A stretch of 64,000 nt of DNA from Edaphosphingomonas fennica (lineage in GTDB: Bacteria; Pseudomonadota; Alphaproteobacteria; Sphingomonadales; Sphingomonadaceae), in NCBI GenBank assembly GCA_036946415.1, contig JAQIJD010000003.1:107772-171771 (forward strand), in the 5' to 3' direction. This document shows, piece after piece, positions 34,024 to 44,055 of the stretch (within the stretch, counting starts at the first letter, position 1; each line of letters begins with the position of its first letter). Made by a program: the position numbers and the translations under genes. Under the pieces are notes generated by a model that saw only the letters and a program-made list of their open reading frames with translations, did not search any database and was not told where the DNA came from.

Positions 34024-35344
34024 CGCGCCGCAGATCGCGCAGATAGCGTTGCGCGCGCTTGTTGACGCGCTGCTCCTCGAGTTGGGAATATATCTGGTCG
34101 AAGGACGGACCGGCCGCCGTCTCGGGATCGTCGCGCCCGCAGACGACGAGCACGCGCACGCCATCCTCCAGCGATCCGAACGGCGGGGTCGTCTCGCCCA
34201 CCTGCAAACGCACCATCAGATCCTGCAACGGCCCCGGCAGATCGCGGATGCGGACCTGATCGTTGTCGACCACCTCGGCACCGAACGCCTCGGCCGCGGC
34301 ATTGGCGCGGCCGCAGCCCTGGATGGTTTTGGCCAGCTCCGCGAACTTCTCGACGCGCGGGGCGGCCTGCGTCTGCGTCTGCCCTTTGGGGAAGGTGATA
34401 GCGATCTGCTTGAGGCTGAGCACGGCGTCGCGCGGATCGGCGGTCAGCACCTGTCGCTTGTCGAGCATGGCGACAATCGAATAGCCGCCGGGAATGGCGA
34501 TCGGATCGCTGATCCGCCCGGTTTCGAGCTGCGCCGCCACCGCCGCGATCTCGTCGGGCAATTGCTCGCCGCGCACCCAGCCGAGATCGCCGCCGACCGC
34601 CGCCGTCGAGGCTTCGGAATATTGCCGCGCATAAGCGACGAAGGACGCGCCCTGGCGCACCTGCTCGACGATACGCTGGGCGTTCGCAAGCACTTGCGCA
34701 TTGTTGTTGACGTTTGCCGAGAGGTATATCTCACCCACCCGATATTCCTGCGCGCCCTTGGAGGCGTTGAGGCGCGCCATCACCTGCCGCACCTCGTCCT
34801 CGCCGACGTTCACGAACGGCTCGACCTTGCGGCTCAGCACGCGCCGCCACGAAAGCTCGCCCTGGATCTGGCGCTTGAGCGACGCCTCCGACGAGCCGAT
34901 CGAGGTCAAGTAGGCAGTGAAATCCTTGGGCGTCCGCTTGAAATTGCCGGCCACGCGCGTGAAGGTCTGCTGGATCTCGGCCGGGTCGATCTTCACGTCC
35001 TGCGCGGCGGCTTCCTGTATCTCCAGCGTCTCGTCGATCAGATTGCGCAGCACCTGCAACCGCAGCCGCTCGCGCTCCTCGCCCTCGATCTTGCCGCCGT
35101 TGGCGGTCAGCACCAGCGCCAGCCGCTGGTCGATGTCCGTATCGGTGATGATCGTGCCGTTGACGATCGCGGTCGCCTTGCGCACCGCGGGATCGCGCTG
35201 GCCGAAGATGGTCAGATCCTTCGGCAGGTCGAGTGCGTCGGCCCCTTCGATCTGGGCGATCGCGGGGCCGGCCGCCGCCATCGCACCCGCCGCGATGCCG
35301 GCCGCCAGCGCTGCCGACATCCATCTGGACTTCACTCGCTTCAC
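34001..35344 (-). CDS. surA: SurA-like peptidylprolyl isomerase/chaperone
   Basis: Signal peptide, AIVNG..IT, ARQYS..GGDLGW, YLRDLRRDAVVDYR. Confidence 0.9.
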   Translation of the reverse strand: MKRVKSRWMSAALAAGIAAGAMAAAGPAIAQIEGADALDLPKDLTIFGQRDPAVRKATAIVNGTIITDTDIDQRLALVLTANGGKIEGEERERLRLQVLRNLIDETLEIQEAAAQDVKIDPAEIQQTFTRVAGNFKRTPKDFTAYLTSIGSSEASLKRQIQGELSWRRVLSRKVEPFVNVGEDEVRQVMARLNASKGAQEYRVGEIYLSANVNNNAQVLANAQRIVEQVRQGASFVAYARQYSEASTAAVGGDLGWVRGEQLPDEIAAVAAQLETGRISDPIAIPGGYSIVAMLDKRQVLTADPRDAVLSLKQIAITFPKGQTQTQAAPRVEKFAELAKTIQGCGRANAAAEAFGAEVVDNDQVRIRDLPGPLQDLMVRLQVGETTPPFGSLEDGVRVLVVCGRDDPETAAGPSFDQIYSQLEEQRVNKRAQRYLRDLRRDAVVDYR

Positions 35345-35408
35345 CCCGGCCTGCCCGTTTCCTGCTACGTTCGGGAGCGGCGTTACCGCGCTCCCGCTTA
35401 ACCGCTGC

Positions 35409-37652
35409 TTAGCGGCCGATGTTCTTCAACGCCAGCTTCAACAGGAAGCTGTTGCCGCCGCGCGCATCGCCCACCCGGTAATAGTTGCGCAGCCAGGTCA
35501 GCCCGATCTGGAAGCAATCGTCCGAATAGAGCACGCCGAGGCGATGGCGGAACGGCTCGAACCCGTCGGAGGTCGACAGCGGGTCGTCGTCGCGGCCGGT
35601 GAGATCGACCACCGCCGACCCGAACAGCGACCAGTAGCGGGCGAGGCGGACGCGCGCGCCGACCCGCGCTTCCTCGCGGTCGTTCAGATCCTCGATCGAG
35701 GCGGGAATGTTGCGGTTGAGCCGGAAGTAGCCGATCGACACATAGGTCTCGCGGCTGCCGAACGACGCGTCGATCTCGTTGCGGCGGACGGCAAGCGTAT
35801 CCTTGTCCAGCCGGAACCGCTCGGTCAGCTGGATGAAGCTGCCGTAGCGCACGGAGACGCGGCCGACGATGTCCGACCAGCGATCCGACAGGCCGGTGCC
35901 CGGCGGCAGGATGCTGGGGCGGGAGACGAGCCTGTAGCTCTGGCCGACGATGCCGCGCAGCGACAGGCGAGGGCGGTCGAACACATATTCCAGGCCGTAG
36001 GTGGCGCGGCTGCCATCCTCCCACCGGTCGTAGCCGTTGAAGCGGTTGAGCGCGAAGAGGTTCGAATCCTCGAGATCGACGGCGCGCGAATCCTCATTGG
36101 GGATGCTGAGGTTGCTGGTGCGCGGCGTGGCGACGAGCTGGACGCGCGGCGTGATCCGCTGCGTGCCGCCGAACAGATCGCCCACGAACGGCCAGCGCGC
36201 ATCCGCCGCCGCCGCCACGATCGCCCGCCTGCTCCACCCCTCGTCCCCGCGGTAGATGCCGGTCGCGGTCGAGAGCGTGTTGTCGGTATGGTAGAGGTCG
36301 CCGCGGGCGTAGCCGGTGAAGGTGATCGACTGGCCCATGCCGGTCAGCGTCTCGCGCGTCCAGGTGGCGCCGGCGAACAGCCGCTGCGTATCCTGCCCCT
36401 CGGTGCGGATCAGGGCGAGCGTGTTCGCCTGCAATTCGATCCGCCCGCCCAGCAACGGATCGGCGAGGCGGCGGCGATAGTCGATCGCGGGCAAGGCGAA
36501 GGGCTGCTGGCCCTGGCTGCCGACGGCGCGCATCGTCTGCACCGCCCAGCCGGCGATCGAGAGATAGCTGTCGCGGTCGATCCGCTCGGCGCGGAGGGTG
36601 GAGCGCAGGCGATCCTCGTCGCTGATCTCGTAGCGGCGCAGGAAGGTGCGGTCGGTGGCGACGCGGCCGATACCGGTCACGGTCCAATCGGGGCCGAGCT
36701 GCCAGCGGCCGTTGGCGTTGATATAGCCGCGGAATTCGTTGGGGCCGGCGTCCGTCGCGGTCGATCCGGCCGGCAGGCGCGAGCTGGACGTGCCGATCGC
36801 CGAGACCTGATAGGCGCCGCGCGCCGTCAGCTGCCGATATTGCGCCTCGAGCGCCGGCAGCGCGTTGGTGAAGACGTGCGGCGTGACCGTCAGGTCTCGA
36901 TTGGGGGCGAGGCGGACGTAATAAGGCAGCGCCAGTTCGAGGCCGTTGCTGTTGTTGACCGACACGTCGGGCATCAGCAGGCCGGATGTGCCGGCGGCAC
37001 CGCTCCCGTCCGGATGCGAGAAGGCGGGCAGCCACAGCACCGGCAGCCCCAGGAAGGAGAAGCGCGCATCGCGATAGGAGATGCGGTGCCGGGCCGGATC
37101 GTGGACGATGCGGACGGCGGTGATCTTCCACGTCGGCTCGCGCGGGCAGCCGCCCGAATCGACGACGCCGCACGGCGAATAAGCGGCATGATCGAGCGTG
37201 GTGACGCCGTTTTGCCGCGTGCCGCGCCGCGCCGCCAGCCGGCCGCCGTCCTCCAGCACCAGCAGCAGATTCTCGATCACGCCGTCCTTCAGCGTGTCGG
37301 TCAGGTCGACGCTGTCGCCGTACAGCGTGTCGCCTTCGGGATTGGTGGCGGCGACGTTGCCGGTGGCGGTGACGGCGCCGGTCTTGCGGTTCCAGACGAT
37401 CCGGTCCGCGCGCAGCCGGTTGCCGGCACGCACCATCCGCACGTCGCCCGTCGCCGTCACGATGTCGGCATCGCTGTCGTAATCGAGGGCGGCGGCGGAG
37501 AAGCCGACCTCGTCGTCGGTGGCCGGCACCGGCGGGGGCGCGACTTCCGCCGGGGCGGCCGGCGTTTGCAGCACCTGCGCCGGGGCGGCCACGGCGGCGA
37601 GGCCGAGGCCGATCGGCAGGGCCGTCCTCCAGATCGGGCGGATACGTTGCAA
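35409..37652 (-). CDS. lptD: LptD outer-membrane lipid translocon
   Basis: OstA-like N-domain, YSPC...PTWKI, PNEDS, NRFNGYDRWEDG, DDCF. Confidence 0.9.
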   Translation of the reverse strand: MQRIRPIWRTALPIGLGLAAVAAPAQVLQTPAAPAEVAPPPVPATDDEVGFSAAALDYDSDADIVTATGDVRMVRAGNRLRADRIVWNRKTGAVTATGNVAATNPEGDTLYGDSVDLTDTLKDGVIENLLLVLEDGGRLAARRGTRQNGVTTLDHAAYSPCGVVDSGGCPREPTWKITAVRIVHDPARHRISYRDARFSFLGLPVLWLPAFSHPDGSGAAGTSGLLMPDVSVNNSNGLELALPYYVRLAPNRDLTVTPHVFTNALPALEAQYRQLTARGAYQVSAIGTSSSRLPAGSTATDAGPNEFRGYINANGRWQLGPDWTVTGIGRVATDRTFLRRYEISDEDRLRSTLRAERIDRDSYLSIAGWAVQTMRAVGSQGQQPFALPAIDYRRRLADPLLGGRIELQANTLALIRTEGQDTQRLFAGATWTRETLTGMGQSITFTGYARGDLYHTDNTLSTATGIYRGDEGWSRRAIVAAAADARWPFVGDLFGGTQRITPRVQLVATPRTSNLSIPNEDSRAVDLEDSNLFALNRFNGYDRWEDGSRATYGLEYVFDRPRLSLRGIVGQSYRLVSRPSILPPGTGLSDRWSDIVGRVSVRYGSFIQLTERFRLDKDTLAVRRNEIDASFGSRETYVSIGYFRLNRNIPASIEDLNDREEARVGARVRLARYWSLFGSAVVDLTGRDDDPLSTSDGFEPFRHRLGVLYSDDCFQIGLTWLRNYYRVGDARGGNSFLLKLALKNIGR

Positions 37653-37824
37653 CCTTTACTCCCGGCGCCGGGCCGGGGTTTGCCCCATGCCCCCCTCTGG
37701 CGTGTTCAGGCTCCCGCGCCTATCCCAATGGCGGCGCGTGCGAAAGGGGATCGATCGGCGTCCCTCAAGCGCTACAACCCGCAGGCGGCCGCGTGCGGCC
37801 TCCGAGAGACATGAGGATTGCGCC

Positions 37825-39300
37825 TTGATCGATATCCACTTCGCCCCCGCCGTGCCCGCCGATGCCGAGGTGATCGTCCTGCCCGTGACCGCCGCCGATG
37901 CCGCCGAGGGCAACTGGCCGGCGGCGGCCGGCCCGCTCGCCGCCGCCAGCGCCGCCGCGGTGCGCTTCACGGGCGAGGCGGGGAGTGCCGTGGAGCTGGT
38001 GACGGGCGAGGCCGGCTCCGCCCGGCGCGTATTGCTCGTAGGCGCCGGCAAGGGCCTCAGCGATGCGGGCGCGGCGGAGAAGCTGGGCGGCACGATCGCC
38101 GCGCGGCTGCTGCTGTCCGGCGCGACCACCGCGGCGATCGACCTGTCGACGCTGGACGCGGACGGCGCGACGGCGGCGCAGGTCGGGCTGGGCGCGCGGC
38201 TCCGCTCGTGGCGCTACGATCGCTATCGCACCAAGCTCAGCGACAAGCAGAAGCCGACCCTGAAGACGCTGACGGTGGCGGGCGTCGCCGCGCAGGCCGG
38301 TGCGGACTGGGCGCGCGCCGCCGCCGTGGCCGAGGGCGTGGCGCTGACGCGCGAACTCGTCACCGAACCGGCCAACATCATCTATCCCGAAAGCTTCGTC
38401 GCCCGCGTCCGCGCGGCGGCCGAGGGCAGCGGCCTCGGCATCGAGGTGCTGGGCGAGGCGGAGATGCGCGCCGCCGGCATGGGCGCGCTGCTGGGTGTCT
38501 CGCAGGGCTCCGCGCGCGAGGCGCAGCTGCTCGTCCTGACGTGGAACGGCACCGGCGATACGGCGGCGCAGCCGACGGCGCTGGTCGGCAAGGGCGTCAC
38601 CTTCGACACCGGCGGCATCTCGATCAAGCCGGCCGCCGGCATGGAAGACATGAAGTGGGACATGGGCGGCGCGGGCGCCGTCGCCGGGGCGATGCTGGCG
38701 CTGGCGCGGCGCAAGGCGAAAGCGCATGTCGTCGGCGTCTGCGGGCTGGTCGAGAACATGCCTTCGGGCGAGGCGCAGCGGCCGGGCGACGTCGTCACCT
38801 CCATGTCCGGCCAGACGATCGAGGTCATCAACACCGATGCCGAGGGGCGGCTGGTGCTGTGCGACGCGATCACCTGGACGCAGGCCCGCTTCAAACCGAA
38901 GACGATCGTCGATCTCGCCACGCTGACGGGCGCGATGATCATCTCGCTCGCCCGCGAATATGGCGGGCTGTTCGCCAATGACGACGGGCTCGCCGCGGCG
39001 CTCACCGCCGCCGCCACCGCGGTGGGCGAGCCGCTGTGGCGGATGCCGATGGGCGAGGCATATGACAAGATGATCGAAAGCCCGATCGCCGACATGAAGA
39101 ACGTCGGCCCGCGCGAGGGCGGATCGATCACCGCCGCGCAGTTCATCCGCCGCTTCGTGGACGAAGGCGTGGCGTGGGCGCATCTCGACATCGCCGGCAT
39201 GGTCTGGTCCGCCAAGCCCGGCGTGCTCCACGACAAGGGCGCGACCGGCTATGGCGTGCGCCTGCTCGATCGCTTCGTGGCGGACACGCTGGAGGGCTGA
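37825..39300 (+). CDS. pepA: Leucyl aminopeptidase
   Basis: VGKGVTFDTGG, MKWDMGGA, NTDAEGRL, HLDIAG. TTG start inferred. Confidence 0.96.
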   Translation: MIDIHFAPAVPADAEVIVLPVTAADAAEGNWPAAAGPLAAASAAAVRFTGEAGSAVELVTGEAGSARRVLLVGAGKGLSDAGAAEKLGGTIAARLLLSGATTAAIDLSTLDADGATAAQVGLGARLRSWRYDRYRTKLSDKQKPTLKTLTVAGVAAQAGADWARAAAVAEGVALTRELVTEPANIIYPESFVARVRAAAEGSGLGIEVLGEAEMRAAGMGALLGVSQGSAREAQLLVLTWNGTGDTAAQPTALVGKGVTFDTGGISIKPAAGMEDMKWDMGGAGAVAGAMLALARRKAKAHVVGVCGLVENMPSGEAQRPGDVVTSMSGQTIEVINTDAEGRLVLCDAITWTQARFKPKTIVDLATLTGAMIISLAREYGGLFANDDGLAAALTAAATAVGEPLWRMPMGEAYDKMIESPIADMKNVGPREGGSITAAQFIRRFVDEGVAWAHLDIAGMVWSAKPGVLHDKGATGYGVRLLDRFVADTLEG

Positions 39301-39310
39301 GGCGGGGGCC

Positions 39311-39743
39311 ATGCAGGTCGATTTCTACCTCGTCGGCGGGGAGGGGCCGGCCCCCGTCCTTGCCCGGCTGGCGGAACGCGTGCTGGAAGCGGGCGGCCGG
39401 CTGCTGGTGGTGACGGGCGACGCCGACGCCGCCGGCCGGCTGGACGAGGCGCTGTGGACGGGTGACGGCTTCCTGCCCCACGGCTGTGCCGGCGGGCCGC
39501 ACGACGCGCGCCAGCCGGTGCTGATCGCCGACGTGCCCGTCGCCGCCAACGGTGCGCGCACCGTGGCGCTGATCGACGGCCAGTGGCGCGAGGAGGCGCT
39601 CGGCTTCGATCGCGCGCTCCACATCTTCGACGAGGCGGCGACCGAGGCGGCGCGCGCCGCGTGGCGCGGGCTGGCGGACCGGGATGGCCTCGTCCGCAAT
39701 TTCTGGCGGCAGGAGGGGCGGGCGCTGGCGGCAGATCGCCTGA
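39311..39743 (+). CDS. holC: DNA polymerase III chi subunit (probable extra G at 39715-39718; as read, the ORF runs on to 39772)
   Basis: MQVDFY, LDEALW..FLPHG, ARAAWR. Removing one G gives FWRQEGGRWRQIA-stop. Confidence 0.85.
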
Positions 39744-39746
39744 CGC

Positions 39747-39775
39747 TTGCCGCTGCGGCTGCGAGCGGCTAGACG
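39747..39775 (+). promoter_or_regulatory. Probable sigma70 promoter of ndk
   Basis: TTGCCG-N17-TAGACG. Confidence 0.5.
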
Positions 39776-39818
39776 CGCGCCACTTCCCGAACCCCTATCT
39801 ATGGAGCTTGGCCTCGCC

Positions 39819-40241
39819 ATGGCGACGACCCGCACCTTTTCGATCATCAAGCCCGACGCCACCCGCCGCAACCTGACCGGCGCCGTCACCGCCATGCTGG
39901 AGGAGGCCGGCCTCCGCGTCGTCGCCTCCAAGCGCATCCAGATGAGCAAGGAGCAGGCCGAGGGCTTCTACGCCGTGCACCGCGAGCGGCCGTTCTTCGG
40001 CGATCTGGTCTCGTTCATGATCTCCGGCCCGGTCGTCGTGCAGGTGCTGGAGGGCGAGGATGCCGTGGCGCTCAACCGCCGCGTGATGGGTGCCACCAAC
40101 CCGGCCAATGCCGACGAGGGCACGATCCGCAAGGTGCATGCCGAATCGATCGAGGCCAATTCGGTCCACGGTTCCGACAGCGCCGAGAATGCCGAGATCG
40201 AGATCGCCTATTTCTTCAAGCCGGAAGAGATCGTCGGCTGA
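39819..40241 (+). CDS. ndk: Nucleoside diphosphate kinase
   Basis: [24 protein letters not shown]. Confidence 0.97.
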   Translation: MATTRTFSIIKPDATRRNLTGAVTAMLEEAGLRVVASKRIQMSKEQAEGFYAVHRERPFFGDLVSFMISGPVVVQVLEGEDAVALNRRVMGATNPANADEGTIRKVHAESIEANSVHGSDSAENAEIEIAYFFKPEEIVG

Positions 40242-40248
40242 TGCCAGC

Positions 40249-40281
40249 GCCGCCGCCCCCGGCGATCCCGGGGGCGGCGGC
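40249..40281. terminator. Hairpin between convergent ndk and the DUF218 gene
   Basis: GCCGCCGCCCCCGG...CCGGGGGCGGCGGC. Confidence 0.6.
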
Positions 40282-40286
40282 ACCGG

Positions 40287-41375
40287 TCACGGATCCTGCG
40301 GGTCGATCGGGTCCACCCGCGCCGACGCCGCCGAGGGGCGGAAGACGACCGCATTGGGCGATATGCGCGCCCCGATCGTGCCCGGCTGATAGCCAAGCTC
40401 CGTGCGGTTGCGCACCCCGAACGCCGGGCTGGCGACAGCGTCGATATGGCCGACGTTGCTGACGACCAGCGTATCCCGATCGAGCGGCGCCCCGAGCGCG
40501 ATCAGCCGGCGCGCGGCGTTGCGCAGGTTGGTGGTGGTATGCCGGGCATAAGGTTCCACCACGATCGCGTCCTCCGGGATGCCGAAGCGTTCGACCAGCG
40601 CCCGCCGCATCTCCATCGCCTCGACATGCGGCGTATCGCGCGGATGGACGGCGCTGCCGCTGACGATGAGGAAGGGGGCCAGCCCCTCCGCAAACCGCTC
40701 CGCCGCCATCCGGACATTGGCCTTGCTGCGCGCGCTGAGCGGCGTGACGGGATCCTCCGGGCCGACCCCCAGCACGATGATCGCGCTGTAGCGGAAGCGC
40801 GACCAGTCGACCTGTCGCGCCTTCGCCAGCGCGCCGGCATTGAAGCGCGGGTCGAGCGGCTCGAAGGCCGCCGCGGCATTCTTGTCGTTGGCGTCGAGCA
40901 GCGCCAGCGCGAGCGACAGGCTGAAATCGCCGGCGACGGCGGGGTCGTCGGCCTGCGCCGTCGCCAGTGCGACCGCATCGGCGACCATCGCGGCGAAATC
41001 GGCGCTGCCGAACGGCAGATCCGATCCGTCTATCATCGGGTAGCGCGGCAGCTTGCCGATGCCATAGACGCGCAGCACGTCGTTCAGGCCGTCGATCTCG
41101 CGCCGCACGTCGTCGCTCGCGCGCCCCGCGCCCGCCGCCAGCATGTCCCGCTCCGCGTCCTGCCAGAGGGCGGCCTCGACGATGCACGGGGGTGCGCCGT
41201 CGCACGCCGCGATCCGCCGCTGCCGCGCGCCACCGGGCAAGGTGCGGCCGTGCAGGCTGGGGAACAGCCGCCCGGCCATCGCCGTCAGTTGCGCATCGCG
41301 GGCCGGCACCGCGCCGGCGGGCACGGCGGCAAGCGCCGCCGCGACCGCCATCAGGGCGATCGCGCGCCTCACCAC
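40287..41375 (-). CDS. Secreted YdcF/DUF218 (ElyC/SanA-like) protein
   Basis: Signal peptide; IIVLG, IVSG..VHP, EA.EM, GIP..AI.VE..ARHTTTN. Confidence 0.8.
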   Translation of the reverse strand: MVRRAIALMAVAAALAAVPAGAVPARDAQLTAMAGRLFPSLHGRTLPGGARQRRIAACDGAPPCIVEAALWQDAERDMLAAGAGRASDDVRREIDGLNDVLRVYGIGKLPRYPMIDGSDLPFGSADFAAMVADAVALATAQADDPAVAGDFSLSLALALLDANDKNAAAAFEPLDPRFNAGALAKARQVDWSRFRYSAIIVLGVGPEDPVTPLSARSKANVRMAAERFAEGLAPFLIVSGSAVHPRDTPHVEAMEMRRALVERFGIPEDAIVVEPYARHTTTNLRNAARRLIALGAPLDRDTLVVSNVGHIDAVASPAFGVRNRTELGYQPGTIGARISPNAVVFRPSAASARVDPIDPQDP

Positions 41376-43894
41376 GCGCGGCTGACGATGAAGCGCACCG
41401 TCCGCCCGAAGATCGGCCGGCCGTAGATCGCATCGCGCGAGGTCTGGCCGTCGAGCTGGTCGGTGCGCGGATTGCCCTCGGTCAGGCCCTTGTCGTTGAA
41501 GACATTGTCGCCGACGACCTGGAACTGGAAGCCGCCCCGCGTCAGCGTGCCGCCCAGTCCGAACGTGTTGAACGACGGCAGCCGGGTGTTGTTGAACAGA
41601 TCGACGTAGCGGCGCCCGGTATATTCGTAGCGGCCGTAGAATTCGATGCGGTTGCTGCCGGTCTCGAACGAGAGGGTCGGGCGGACGTTGCCGAACACCT
41701 TGGGCTCGCGGATGATCTGGTTGCCGTTGACGGCGGACGGATCGGCGCCCGCGGTGTTCGCCAGATTCTTGTATTGCGGATCCTGATAGGTGAACGAGCC
41801 CGAGACGAAGAACCAGCCGACCGGGGCGAACGTGCCGTCCACCTCGACGCCCTTGACCTCGGCCTTGCCGATGAACGGCACCGCCTGATCGTTGCGGCCC
41901 GTCGCCGGGTTGAACGCCACGAACGAGGCATTGAACGGATCGAACTTGGTGTAGAAACCAGTCAAATAGAGGTAATTGCGGCCGAACGACGCCTTCAGGC
42001 CGGCCTCATATTGATCCGCCTTCGTCTTCACCAGCACCGGATTGATGTTGTAATAGCTGCTCGACTGCGGCGGCACCTCGAGGTGCGAGGCGCGGACGTA
42101 GCCGCCGAAATTGTCGCTGACGTCGTAATTGGCGCCGATCGTCCAGTTGGTCGCGGTCGGGCTGCCCTTGCGCGACTGGCGGCCGCCGTCGAAGGCGCGG
42201 ACGGCGTTGTCGGCCAGCGTCGTCGCATCGCCGAGGTTGGCCGAGATCGAGGTCAGGCCGTAGCCGTCGATATGATACCATTCGTGGCGGATGCCGCCGT
42301 CGAGGCGCAGGCCCGGCAGCACTTCCCACGTATCGTTGGCGTAGAGGGCATAGACCGTCGAATCGACGTCGCCCTGGTTGAGCGTGGTGCCGTAGCGCAG
42401 CACGCCGCGATCGGTGACGGAGCCGAGCACCGCCCCGCTCGCCGAATAAGCGACGAGATCGAGCGTCCGCGGCTGGCTGCGCACCTCCATCAGATAATCC
42501 TGGTAGATCGCCTTGTTGCTGAGGCCATATGCCGAGGCGTAGCCGCCGACGCGCAGATCGTGCGTGCCGATGCCCGTCTTGAACTTGCGCGTCACGCTCA
42601 CGTCGCCCTGGCCCGAATAGAAGCTGGAACCGACGCCGCGATACTGGCCCTGCACCACGAGACCCGAGGCGGCATAGGGATCGTAGGCGGTGGCGCCGTT
42701 GGTGCCGGACAGCGCATAGCCGAGGCGCGCGACCGGAGTGGCGGCGGTTCCGAAGGCGTTGGCGGCGGTGCGGAAGCCGGCGGCGAAGGCATTGGCGTCG
42801 ACGGGGTTCGACGTTGAATAGAGCGCGTCGAAGTTCAGCCGGCCCTTGGTGTAGCCGGCGCGCACCGCCAGCTGCCATTCGCCGAACATGCCCTCATATT
42901 GCAGGCCGACATTGCCATATTCCATGTGGCGCCCGTCGGCGAGGTCGCGCGTCTCGCTCCGCGTGACGCCGGCGGCATCGCGATATTTCAGCGTCACGCC
43001 GCGGAAGGCGGGCGAATTGAGCGTGCCGCGGAAGAAATCGATGAACGGATCGAGCGAGACGGACGGATTGCGCGGATCCGCGGTCGGGATCGGCAGGTAG
43101 AACAGATTGTGATCGTTGAGGTAATTGACGCTCAGCCGGATCGAGCCATTGTCCAGTTCATGCTTGATGTTGGCGCGGATCTGGCCGCCGCGGTCGTTGG
43201 GGAAGCCGTTGTCGCGCTGGCCGCCGTCGCGCCTGAGGAAGCCGCCGACCGCATAGAAGGTGCGCGGACCGAGCGGGCCGGACTGGACGGCATCGAGCCG
43301 GTAGAGATCGGTCGTGCCGATCGTCGCCTGCACCTTGCCGCGCGGCGTATCGGTGCCGGTCACGGTCAGATTGTTGATGATCGCCGCCGCCTGGCTGGCG
43401 AAGATCGGCGCCGGGCCACCGCGCACCACCTCGACCCGCTCGGTCATCAGATCGTAGCGGTTGAGGCTGTCGCCGCGGAAGAAGTTGCCGTTGATGTCGT
43501 GGAACAGCGGCAGGCCGTCCTGATGGAAGACCGCATAGCCGTCGTCGGTCGGGATGCCGCGGATGCGGGTGATGTTCTGCACCTCGCCGCCCGTCGCCTC
43601 GACCTGGATGCCGGGCAGCTTGCCGAGCAGATCGGCGAAGTTGAGCGGAGCGAGCCGCTGCACGTCCTCCTGCCCCAGCGAATTGATCGCATAGGACACG
43701 TCGAACCGCCGCTGCCGCCGCGCCGATCCGGTGACGATGATGTCGGATACGTCCGCCTCGTCGGCCGCGACCGGCGCGGTGCCGGCGGCCGCCGTCTGCG
43801 CCACCGCCGCCGGGGCCAGAAGCATCGCTGCCGCACCCAGCGAAGCCAGACCCGCGCTACGCAGCAGCGCGCTCCGAATTGCTACCGTCATCAT
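41369..43894 (-). CDS. TonB-dependent receptor
   Basis: Signal peptide, DIIVTG TonB box, ERVEVVRGG plug, beta-barrel, terminal aromatic W. Confidence 0.92.
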   Translation of the reverse strand: MMTVAIRSALLRSAGLASLGAAAMLLAPAAVAQTAAAGTAPVAADEADVSDIIVTGSARRQRRFDVSYAINSLGQEDVQRLAPLNFADLLGKLPGIQVEATGGEVQNITRIRGIPTDDGYAVFHQDGLPLFHDINGNFFRGDSLNRYDLMTERVEVVRGGPAPIFASQAAAIINNLTVTGTDTPRGKVQATIGTTDLYRLDAVQSGPLGPRTFYAVGGFLRRDGGQRDNGFPNDRGGQIRANIKHELDNGSIRLSVNYLNDHNLFYLPIPTADPRNPSVSLDPFIDFFRGTLNSPAFRGVTLKYRDAAGVTRSETRDLADGRHMEYGNVGLQYEGMFGEWQLAVRAGYTKGRLNFDALYSTSNPVDANAFAAGFRTAANAFGTAATPVARLGYALSGTNGATAYDPYAASGLVVQGQYRGVGSSFYSGQGDVSVTRKFKTGIGTHDLRVGGYASAYGLSNKAIYQDYLMEVRSQPRTLDLVAYSASGAVLGSVTDRGVLRYGTTLNQGDVDSTVYALYANDTWEVLPGLRLDGGIRHEWYHIDGYGLTSISANLGDATTLADNAVRAFDGGRQSRKGSPTATNWTIGANYDVSDNFGGYVRASHLEVPPQSSSYYNINPVLVKTKADQYEAGLKASFGRNYLYLTGFYTKFDPFNASFVAFNPATGRNDQAVPFIGKAEVKGVEVDGTFAPVGWFFVSGSFTYQDPQYKNLANTAGADPSAVNGNQIIREPKVFGNVRPTLSFETGSNRIEFYGRYEYTGRRYVDLFNNTRLPSFNTFGLGGTLTRGGFQFQVVGDNVFNDKGLTEGNPRTDQLDGQTSRDAIYGRPIFGRTVRFIVSRAW

Positions 43895-44055
43895 ATTCCC
43901 CCTTATTATCGATGTTCGATTTGGGCCTCCCTCGCGCCTTATGGCTACATTTTCAAGTAACGCGCCCGGGGGCGTGGGAAGGATGCGGACAGGAAGCGCC
44001 CCCTCCTGCGTCGGTCCGCGCCGGGGGATCGTCGCCCGGCGTATCGCGCGACGGC

